From Candidatus Iainarchaeum sp. (lineage in GTDB: Archaea; Iainarchaeota; Iainarchaeia; Iainarchaeales; GCA-2688035), in contig JAQTPU010000001.1 of the NCBI GenBank assembly GCA_028712575.1, positions 1-28,369 on the forward strand: a DNA stretch of 28,369 nt. Direction: 5' to 3'. Under the pieces are notes generated by a model that did not search any database, was not told where the DNA came from, and was given only the letters and a program-made list of their open reading frames with translations. Positions 1 through 6,927 of the stretch are shown in pieces. Both the position numbers and the translations under genes were made by a program. Numbering within the stretch: the stretch's first letter is position 1; each line of letters begins with the position of its first letter.

Positions 1-1
1 C

Positions 2-388
2 AAGTCGCCCTCCGAACTCCTGTTTGCAGACGATGTCGCAAAATGGGAAAAGCAGAAAAACTTCAATGTTTTTGTTTCAGTCGACATTCCCACCCGGAAC
101 TGGAAGGGCCATTCGGGCTTTGTGACAGACCTTATCGACAAGGCCGACCTGCCTGTTGAAAACACTTCCGTGCTGATGTGCGGCCCGCAGGCAATGATGA
201 ACATTGCAATTGCAAAATTCAAAAAACACGGCTTTAAGGCGGAGCAGATTTACGCCTCTCTCGAAAGGCTTATGCACTGCGGCGTGGGAAAATGCGGCCA
301 CTGCAACATAGGCAGGGAATATGCCTGCGTTAACGGCCCTGTTTTTTCAGGGCGGGAATTAGAGCAAATGCATCTGAAGGAGGATTAA
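2..388 (+). CDS. hydG: Group 3b [NiFe]-hydrogenase (sulfhydrogenase) gamma subunit, FAD/NAD(P)-binding with 2Fe-2S C-terminus; 5'-truncated by the window edge
   Basis: The frame is open from position 2 (KSPSELLFADDVAKWEK...GHSGFVTDL). It carries MCGPQAMM (NAD-binding CGP motif) and SLERLMHCGVGKCGHC...CVNGPVF (DHODB-type Fe-S motif), and lies upstream of the delta and alpha subunits. Confidence 0.9.
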   Translation, partial: KSPSELLFADDVAKWEKQKNFNVFVSVDIPTRNWKGHSGFVTDLIDKADLPVENTSVLMCGPQAMMNIAIAKFKKHGFKAEQIYASLERLMHCGVGKCGHCNIGREYACVNGPVFSGRELEQMHLKED

Positions 389-390
389 TA

Positions 391-687
391 ATGGCGGATG
401 AGAAAGAACTGCTGAAAAGGCAGGTCGGCTTTCTGCAGAAATCAAGGGCATCTGCGGAAAAAACAATAAAAATTTTTCAGGGCGAAATGAAAAAATTCGG
501 GCCGGGGGAACAATTTGAAAGCGCAAAAAAGGCTTTCTCCGCGGTAAAGGAAAGGCTCGATTCCATCGATGCAATGCTCCTGCGCGTGCAGAAAGAGCTT
601 GAATCAGCCCCCTCTTCAAAAAGCCTTTCTTCAAAAGGCAAAGCCCCGGTGAAACCAAAAAAAGGAAAAAAATCCAAAAAGAAATAA
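391..687 (+). CDS. Hypothetical coiled-coil protein with Lys-rich C-terminal tail, inserted in the hydrogenase operon
   Basis: 98-aa ATG ORF starting 2 nt after the gamma stop and ending 12 nt before delta. Helical heptad-like body and a KPKKGKKSKKK tail. Confidence 0.7.
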   Translation: MADEKELLKRQVGFLQKSRASAEKTIKIFQGEMKKFGPGEQFESAKKAFSAVKERLDSIDAMLLRVQKELESAPSSKSLSSKGKAPVKPKKGKKSKKK

Positions 688-699
688 CGGGAAATTCCT

Positions 700-1470
700 A
701 TGAAAAGCAAAAAAAAACATGAAAAAACAAGGCTGGGTTTTTTCTCGCTTACCTGCTGCGAAGGCTGCGAGCTTGCAGTCCTGGAATTAAACCGGGATTT
801 CGTAAAAGCCCTTGGTTTTGTTGAAATCCTGGAATCAAGGATGCTGCGCGAAAAAAACCCCCCGCAGGAACTCGACATTGCCTTTGTCGAGGGCAGCATT
901 GTGGGAAAAGACGACCTGGAAAAGGCGCAGAAAATAAGGGAAAGAAGCAGGTTCCTTGTTGCAATGGGCGCATGCGCGACAATTGCCGGAATTCCCGGCA
1001 TTAGGAATGCCCTGCCAGAAAAAATAAAATCCGCGCTTCCGCAGCGCGCAGTAAAAAAGCCGCTCGAAGCCGTGCATAAGCTGTCCGATTTTGTAAAAGT
1101 CGATTTTGAACTGCAGGGCTGTGCAATAAACGAAAAAGAGTTTTTGAAAGTGCTTGTCCAGTTCCACAACGGCTTTTTCCCGCGCCTTGAAAATGTCCCT
1201 GTCTGCAAGGAATGCAAGGAAAAGGAAAATCCCTGCCTCCTGCTTGAAGGAAAAGCCTGCCTCGGCCCTGCCAGTTATGCGGGTTGCAATGCCCTCTGCC
1301 CGTCCCAAAAGGCGCAGTGCATAGGCTGCAGGGGCTTTACAAAAGACGCGAATTTTTCAGCCCTGAAGCGTTTATTCAAGGAATTCGGCCTGACAGAAGG
1401 GGAAACAAAAAACATTTTCACATACTTTAACCCCGACCCGTTTGCGGAGGCTTCAAATGCACGGCAATGA
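700..1470 (+). CDS. hydD: Group 3b [NiFe]-hydrogenase small (delta) subunit
   Basis: SLTCCEGC, FVEGS, GACA, LQGC proximal-cluster motifs; C-terminal VCKEC...CLGP...GCNALCP...CIGCRG clusters. Confidence 0.92.
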   Translation: MKSKKKHEKTRLGFFSLTCCEGCELAVLELNRDFVKALGFVEILESRMLREKNPPQELDIAFVEGSIVGKDDLEKAQKIRERSRFLVAMGACATIAGIPGIRNALPEKIKSALPQRAVKKPLEAVHKLSDFVKVDFELQGCAINEKEFLKVLVQFHNGFFPRLENVPVCKECKEKENPCLLLEGKACLGPASYAGCNALCPSQKAQCIGCRGFTKDANFSALKRLFKEFGLTEGETKNIFTYFNPDPFAEASNARQ

Positions 1471-2755
1471 GCATTTTTCCCTGCATGACATTACAAAAAT
1501 AGAAGGCCATGCAAGCCTCGAAGTCCAGCTGAAAGACGGCTTTGTGGAAAAATGCGAATTCAGAATCAGCGAGAACCACAGGTTTTTTGAAGACATGGCA
1601 ATTGGCAGGAGCTTCGAGGAAATCCCGCTTATAATGTCAAGGATATGCGGCTTCTGCTGTTCCTCGCACCTGAATACTGCAGTAAAGGCATGCGAAAAAG
1701 CGCTCGGTGTTGAACCCTCGGAACAGGTTTTTTTGCTGCGCGAACTCTCCTCGAATATGGAATTCCTGAAAAGCCATGCCCTGCACCTTTACCTTCTGGT
1801 CCTGCCGGACTATCTTGGAAGGGAAAGCGCGCTCCATTTCAGCGGAAAAGAGCACCAGTATATCCACGACTGCCTTGACTTCAAAAAAACAGCGACAGAC
1901 ACCCTGAACGTGCTTGGCGCAAGGGCCTATCACACAGTGAACGTGAGAGTAGGCGGATTTTCAAAGTTCCCGAATGCGGAAGAGCTTGGGCACTGCATGC
2001 ACGACCTCGAGCACCTGCGCAAAAAAGCAATTGAAACAATAGAATTGTTTGCAGGCTTCCTGCCGGAAAAGGGATTCGACCGCAATGCAAATTACGCCGC
2101 ATTGTCGGGAAAAAACTATTCCCTGCTGGAAGGGAAAATCCTTTTCGGCAGCGGCACTGTTATTCCGGAAGAAAAATTCCTTGAGCATGTGGAAGAGTCG
2201 GTAATTCCCTATGCAACGGCAACACAGGCCAGGTTTGCGCAGAAAGAATATTTTGTAGGCGCGCTTGCAAGGATAAACCTCAACCAGGCCGAGCTGTACC
2301 ACGAGCCGAAAAAAATAATCAGGGATTTGAAATTGAAATTCCCGAACACTTCGCCATTTTACATTAATGCCGCACAGGCAGTTGAAATGCTCCAGGCCAT
2401 TGATTCAAGCATTGAAATCCTGCAGATACTCGACAGGATAAAAATAAGGCAGGAACCATTGAAAAAAACCATTCCAAAAGAAAGCACGGGCACAGGCGTT
2501 ACTGAAGCCCCGAGGGGCCTGCTTTTCCATTCCTATTCAATAGGCTCCGACGGCCTGATAAAAAAAGGCCATATTGTAGTCCCTACGCAGCAGAACTCAA
2601 AAAACATAGAGGCAGACCTCAAAGGCTTTATTCCGGGCCTGCTTTCAATGCAGAAGGAAAAGGCTGAACTTGAAATAGAAAAACTGATTCGGGCATATGA
2701 CCCATGCATTTCCTGTTCGACGCATTTTCTCAAAGTAGACTGGAAACGCCTTTAA
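1457..2755 (+). CDS. hydA: Group 3b [NiFe]-hydrogenase large (alpha) subunit
   Basis: KIEGH, L1 motif SRICGFCCSSH, EAPRG, VPTQQN and L2 motif RAYDPCISCSTH followed by a 9-aa C-terminal extension. Start taken at ATG 1457, overlapping the delta stop. Confidence 0.95.
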   Translation: MHGNEHFSLHDITKIEGHASLEVQLKDGFVEKCEFRISENHRFFEDMAIGRSFEEIPLIMSRICGFCCSSHLNTAVKACEKALGVEPSEQVFLLRELSSNMEFLKSHALHLYLLVLPDYLGRESALHFSGKEHQYIHDCLDFKKTATDTLNVLGARAYHTVNVRVGGFSKFPNAEELGHCMHDLEHLRKKAIETIELFAGFLPEKGFDRNANYAALSGKNYSLLEGKILFGSGTVIPEEKFLEHVEESVIPYATATQARFAQKEYFVGALARINLNQAELYHEPKKIIRDLKLKFPNTSPFYINAAQAVEMLQAIDSSIEILQILDRIKIRQEPLKKTIPKESTGTGVTEAPRGLLFHSYSIGSDGLIKKGHIVVPTQQNSKNIEADLKGFIPGLLSMQKEKAELEIEKLIRAYDPCISCSTHFLKVDWKRL

Positions 2756-3110
2756 CAGCCTCTTCAAGCGGCATTCCCTGCGGAACAGCAATAATGCGGA
2801 TTTTTTTTCCCCGCAATTTCCCTATTTTTTCAAAAAGCAGGAGCTCTGTTCCCAGGTCAAAATCATGCAGGGAAAAATTTTTTTTTTCCCGCAAAAACTT
2901 CAAATCGGCAAAAACACGGATTTTTTCAATCCCTTCCGCACAATCAAGAATCACAAGCTCATCGGGAATTTCTTCCAAATCGTTCAGGGATTCGATTTCT
3001 TCGAATTCAAATTTCCCGGATTGCCTTTTATTTTTCAATTCTTCCGCAGCCTTCAATGCGATTGAATCCCCTTCCAGCAGGCGGTTCCCGAAAACAAAAA
3101 CTTTTTTCAT
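2730..3110 (-). CDS. Hydrogenase maturation endopeptidase (HycI/HybD-like)
   Basis: VFGNRLLEGDSIA (GNxLxxDD-like), VILDCA and SLHDF motifs; adjacent to the large subunit. Confidence 0.85.
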   Translation of the reverse strand: MKKVFVFGNRLLEGDSIALKAAEELKNKRQSGKFEFEEIESLNDLEEIPDELVILDCAEGIEKIRVFADLKFLREKKNFSLHDFDLGTELLLFEKIGKLRGKKIRIIAVPQGMPLEEAVKGVSSLL

Positions 3111-3122
3111 GATAATAATTGT

Positions 3123-3143
3123 TTTTTAATTGTTTTTATAAAT
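3123..3143 (+). repeat. 21-bp direct repeat, copy 1 (TTTTTAATTGTTTTTATAAAT), containing a TATA-like box
   Basis: Identical to 3313-3333; the two copies flank the 132-bp palindromic element. Confidence 0.85.
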
Positions 3144-3145
3144 CG

Positions 3146-3277
3146 GCCTTTTCTTGAAAAGAACATTGCAAACTTTGGGTTTGCGACATTGAAAAGCATT
3201 GCTTTCGATGCAACGCAAACTTTGTTTGCATTGTGCCTCACAAAGCTTTGCTTTGTAAGGAAGCCTTGGGAAAAGAA
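3146..3277 (+). repeat. 132-bp modular palindromic intergenic element (REP/MITE-like), long copy 1
   Basis: Base-for-base identical to 17946-18077; contains four tandem short hairpins. Confidence 0.92.
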
Positions 3278-3312
3278 CAATTTGCTGATGCAAACTGGCT
3301 GAAGGAATGCGC

Positions 3313-3333
3313 TTTTTAATTGTTTTTATAAAT
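3313..3333 (+). repeat. 21-bp direct repeat, copy 2; likely TATA region of the EamA gene
   Basis: Identical to 3123-3143; lies 10 nt upstream of the EamA ATG at 3344. Confidence 0.8.
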
Positions 3334-3343
3334 TCATAATTCC

Positions 3344-4258
3344 ATGCTGTCGGAAAAAAAAGCCTGTTTTCTGGTCGTGCTTACCGCAATAATCAGCGGC
3401 TTCTCTGTTTTTCTCAATAAATTCGGTGTTGCGGAAACAGACGCAATCGCCTTCACTGCGCTCAAAAATACCCTTGTTGCAGTTTTCCTGATTTCAATAA
3501 TCCTGCTTGCAAAGGACTTTCCCTCCCTCAAAAGCCTTTCAAAAAAGCAATGGGCAAAGCTTGCGGCAATAGGCCTGATAGGCGGAAGCATCCCGTTTGC
3601 GCTTTTCTTCTCCGCCCTGAAACTCACTTCCGCGGTCAATGCGGGCTTTTTCCACAAGACGCTTTTTATTTTTGCAGCGGCATTCGCAATACTTTTCCTG
3701 AAGGAAAAAATAAGCAAAACCTTTCTCATTGCCGCAGGCCTTCTCCTGCTCGGCAACTTCCTGCTTTTCCCGTTTTCTGGATTCGGGCTTCCCGAACTTC
3801 TTGTTGTAACAGCGGTTATTTTCTGGGCAGCGGAAAACGTGCTCTCAAAGCACGTTCTTAAGGAACTGAACGGGAACACTGTGGCTTTCGGCAGGATGTT
3901 TTTCGGCTCCCTGATACTGCTTTTGTTCATTGCGGTTTCAGGCAGATTCGGGATTCTCACGGCAGTAAATCCAGTGCAATTCCAGTGGATTCTCCTCACT
4001 TCAATCCCATTGCTGTTATTTGTGCTTACATTTTACAACGGCCTGAAGCACATTCCCGTTTCAAAGGCAACCGCAATTTTAATGCTCGGCCAGCCGATTA
4101 CAATGCTCCTTTCTGCGGTTTTCATAGGCTCTGCTGTTTCATTCAGCCAGGCAACAGGAATTGCCCTCACTCTCATTGCAATTCTCCTGCTCTTCGCCTC
4201 TTCTTATTTCCTCGCTTTCCTGCGCTCAAAGGGTTTTTCTCTTGCCGCAACAAAATGA
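3344..4258 (+). CDS. DMT/EamA-family transporter (about 10 TM)
   Basis: 304-aa hydrophobic protein with two EamA-like halves; GGSIPFALFFSALKLTSAVNAGFF...FLKEKIS and YNGLKHIPVSKAT...QPITMLLS motifs. Confidence 0.88.
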   Translation: MLSEKKACFLVVLTAIISGFSVFLNKFGVAETDAIAFTALKNTLVAVFLISIILLAKDFPSLKSLSKKQWAKLAAIGLIGGSIPFALFFSALKLTSAVNAGFFHKTLFIFAAAFAILFLKEKISKTFLIAAGLLLLGNFLLFPFSGFGLPELLVVTAVIFWAAENVLSKHVLKELNGNTVAFGRMFFGSLILLLFIAVSGRFGILTAVNPVQFQWILLTSIPLLLFVLTFYNGLKHIPVSKATAILMLGQPITMLLSAVFIGSAVSFSQATGIALTLIAILLLFASSYFLAFLRSKGFSLAATK

Positions 4259-4967
4259 AACTTCGGCGCTGCAATTTGCATGCAGGTATTCCCTGGTTCC
4301 AAACGAACTCGGCTATTGCGGAAAAGAAAAAGCCTTCCTTGAATTCGGAAAATTCCTGAAAAATCCGGAAGAGAAAAAAATTCCTGAAATAAAAAACCTG
4401 CTCGGCTCCTTTTTCGGGCTGCATTCCTATCTTGATTTGATTGCACGCGCCAATAACAAAAATGTTTTTGACCCCGAAGTCCTGGAAGCATACTGGCTTG
4501 GAAACAGGCTTCTTGAAAATGTTCCCCGCGCAGGCATCAGCCGGGCAATTCTGCATCTTGAAAAATACGGCCTGCCGGAAAAAATTGCGGAACAAAAAGC
4601 CATTTCCCTTCCGGAAGGCGCGCTTCCGCACCATTCCCTTCACGTGCTTCACGTGAATTTTGTCACGCGCAAATTAAGGCCGCTTGTCCGGAACCTTTCA
4701 GACTGCCTTATCCAATGGGCGGAAGTCAGGGCAGTTTCAAACGGCAAGCTGCGCGTAAAGGGCATTGAATTAAAAGCCCTGAACAAAAAATTTGTTCTGC
4801 AGGAAAAAACAAAAACAATTGAAAACCAGTTCTCCCTGCTCCCTGAAAAAGGCGATTTTGTTTCAGTGCACTGGAAAAACGCAATCGAAATCCTTTCAAA
4901 AGAACAATTAAAAAACCTGCAGAAAACAACAATGAAAAACATTGGCCTTGCCAATCCGGAAAATTAG
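4255..4967 (+). CDS. DUF6390-like protein with HypC-like C-terminal domain; start ambiguous (ATG 4255 is out of frame, so a -1 shift or a CTG start at 4269 is needed)
   Basis: FACRYSLVPNELGYCG, EAYWLGN, PHHSLHVLHV and GDFVSVHWKNAIEIL match my recollection of the DUF6390 family. The coding frame begins at 4254 (AAT GAA ACT TCG...). Confidence 0.75.
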
Positions 4968-5125
4968 GTTTTTTCCACGACATTCCTGTGCTGCACAATC
5001 ACCCTGTCGCCTATTTTTGCCTTTATCAGGTTTGCGGCTTCCCTCTTTTCAGGGCCGTAATCAATAACTGCGATTTTCCCCTTCCGCTTCAATCCAACAA
5101 CTTTTCCTGGAACTGCAAGGCACAT
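4964..5125 (-). CDS. hypC: HypC/HybG/HupF-family hydrogenase maturation chaperone, short form (53 aa); not in the supplied ORF track
   Basis: Hand translation: MCLAVPGKVVGLKRKGKIAVIDYGPEKREAANLIKAKIGDRVIVQHRNVVEKT*. Canonical MCLAVP N-terminus; the ATG overlaps the upstream stop (TGATG). Confidence 0.9.
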   Translation of the reverse strand: MCLAVPGKVVGLKRKGKIAVIDYGPEKREAANLIKAKIGDRVIVQHRNVVEKT

Positions 5126-5397
5126 CAACGGCGCCTCCTGAAAGTCTGCCCCACTATCCTGAAAATTCCGCCAAGCCTTTCCAGCCTCCGCGCCCTTTTC
5201 AAATGCCAGCGGGCAATCGCATTTTCCTCCGCCTCTTTTCCGTCCAGCCTTTCGGCAGCGCCCATTGCTGTTGCACCCATGGCTTCAGCCGCCCCGTTAT
5301 GCGCACGGATTCCCGCTTTTCTTGCCGATTCCGCGCTTTTCACGTGGCTTGCTGCCCTCTTTTCAAAAAAACCCCCCTTTTTTTCCATAAAAAACAA
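5125..5397 (-). CDS. Hypothetical basic Ala/Arg-rich protein translationally coupled to hypC
   Basis: 90-aa ORF whose TGA overlaps the hypC ATG; AT-rich promoter-like region at 5400-5445 upstream. Confidence 0.6.
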   Translation of the reverse strand: MFFMEKKGGFFEKRAASHVKSAESARKAGIRAHNGAAEAMGATAMGAAERLDGKEAEENAIARWHLKRARRLERLGGIFRIVGQTFRRRR

Positions 5398-5478
5398 CTT
5401 TTAATAAGATTTAAAAGTATTTAACATAATACTTAATTATAATCCTGAATTAAAATTCTTGCTTTTTTAGTGATATTA

Positions 5479-5667
5479 ATGGGAGCAAAAAACAATCCTC
5501 AAAAATGCCTTTATTGCGGCGGCTGCGTCGGGGTCTGCCCTGTTTCAGCAATAAAACTCGACGAAACCCGCATTGCAATCGACAATGCAAAATGCATTGA
5601 CTGTTCGGCCTGCATTTTAATCTGCCCAGTAGGCGCGAACGAACTCGTAAAGGGGCTGAAAGAATGA
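5479..5667 (+). CDS. 2x[4Fe-4S] ferredoxin
   Basis: CLYCGGCVGVCP and CIDCSACILICP; ATG 5479 is preceded by an AGTGAT RBS-like sequence; overlaps the next gene (ATGA). Confidence 0.92.
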   Translation: MGAKNNPQKCLYCGGCVGVCPVSAIKLDETRIAIDNAKCIDCSACILICPVGANELVKGLKE

Positions 5668-6866
5668 CTCCGGAGCACTTTGATGTCATTGTTATAGGCC
5701 TTGGCCCTGCAGGCCTGGTTGCATGCAGGACTCTTGCGGAAAAAAAAATTTCAGTCCTCGGCCTTGACAGGAAGCAGGAAATAGGCCCGCCGAAAAGATG
5801 CGCCGAAGGCCTGGGCCTTGCATGGTTCAAGCGCGCAAAATTAAAAATAAGCCCGGAATGGTGCGTCCACAAGATTTACGGCGCAACTCTTTTCTCGCCC
5901 AGCGGGAGTTCAGTGACATTAAAATCAAAAAAACTGCAGGGCTATATCCTTGAAAGAAAAATCCTGGAAAAGCACCTTGCAATGGATGCTGTGAAAAAAG
6001 GCGCAAAAATAATTGCAAAATCAGACGTAATAGAAGCAAGGCGCGAACCAGGAAGGGTTTTTCTCCGCGTGAATAACGGGGGAGAAGAAAAGCAGTATTC
6101 CTGCGGCATGGTTATTGCCTGCGACGGCATTGATTCGCTTATTGCAAGGCAGCTCGGCCTGAACACTACAAACAAGCTTGTTGATGTCGATTCCGGTTGC
6201 CAATATGAAATGACAGGAATTTCAGGCTACGACCCAGCTGTTTTGAATATTTATTTCGGAACCGACGTTGCCCCAAGGGGATATGCCTGGATTTTCCCAA
6301 AAAGAAAAGACACTGCGAATGTGGGCATTGGAATCGGCGGAATGCAGAAAGAGACGGCAAAATATTACCTTGACAAATTCATTGCTTCAAGGCAAGGGCT
6401 TGCAAAAGGCTCGGTTATAGAGGCAAATGCGGGAATAATTCCCGTAGGCGGGTTTCTGGAAAACATGGCAAAGGACAGCCTGCTTGTTGCCGGAGATGCA
6501 GCCCATCATGTAGACCCTGTCCATGGCGGGGGAATAGGGATTGCAATGGAAGCAGGAATCCTTGCAGCAAATGTTGCGGCAGAGGCAGTGCATAAAAAAG
6601 ACTTTTCAGAAAAATTCCTATCCCGATACAACAAGCTCTGGTATGAAACAAGGGGCAATGAATTGAAGAAAAAACTGAGGGTAAGGCACCTGCTTGAACA
6701 GTTGAGCAATGACGATTTCAATTACCTTGCGGACTCGCTTACAATTGAAGAGGTAATGAAAATCGCTTCCGCAGACCTTGACAAGCCGACAAAGCTGATA
6801 ATACTTGGAAAAAAACTAGTGAAAAGGCCCGGGCTTGCAAAAATAATGCTGAAATACCTGAATTAA
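5664..6866 (+). CDS. Geranylgeranyl reductase family flavoprotein (digeranylgeranylglycerophospholipid reductase-like)
   Basis: VIGLGPAG Rossmann motif, KRCAEG, IACDG, PRGYAWIFPK, VAGDAA...VDPVHGGGI; coupled to the ferredoxin. Confidence 0.88.
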   Translation: MTPEHFDVIVIGLGPAGLVACRTLAEKKISVLGLDRKQEIGPPKRCAEGLGLAWFKRAKLKISPEWCVHKIYGATLFSPSGSSVTLKSKKLQGYILERKILEKHLAMDAVKKGAKIIAKSDVIEARREPGRVFLRVNNGGEEKQYSCGMVIACDGIDSLIARQLGLNTTNKLVDVDSGCQYEMTGISGYDPAVLNIYFGTDVAPRGYAWIFPKRKDTANVGIGIGGMQKETAKYYLDKFIASRQGLAKGSVIEANAGIIPVGGFLENMAKDSLLVAGDAAHHVDPVHGGGIGIAMEAGILAANVAAEAVHKKDFSEKFLSRYNKLWYETRGNELKKKLRVRHLLEQLSNDDFNYLADSLTIEEVMKIASADLDKPTKLIILGKKLVKRPGLAKIMLKYLN

Positions 6867-6927
6867 GAATCCCCGGGCTGCTGCTTAACGGATTAATTAT
6901 TTAAACTCAAACTTGCCTGTTTCTTTC

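Noticed and set aside
477-1217. Long antisense ORFs in the track (for example 477..1217, 3334..3999, 18956..19516, 16173..16763)
   Set aside because: They are shadows of well-supported genes on the opposite strand, Phe/Ser-rich and without recognisable motifs.
2700-2725. Selenocysteine ([NiFeSe]) hydrogenase
   Set aside because: The L2 motif is encoded by ordinary Cys codons (TGC, TGT) with no in-frame TGA.
3146-3277. Repeat interpreted as a CRISPR array or tRNA
   Set aside because: There are no regularly spaced repeats with unique spacers, no cas genes, and no T-loop (TTCRA) or acceptor-stem cloverleaf.
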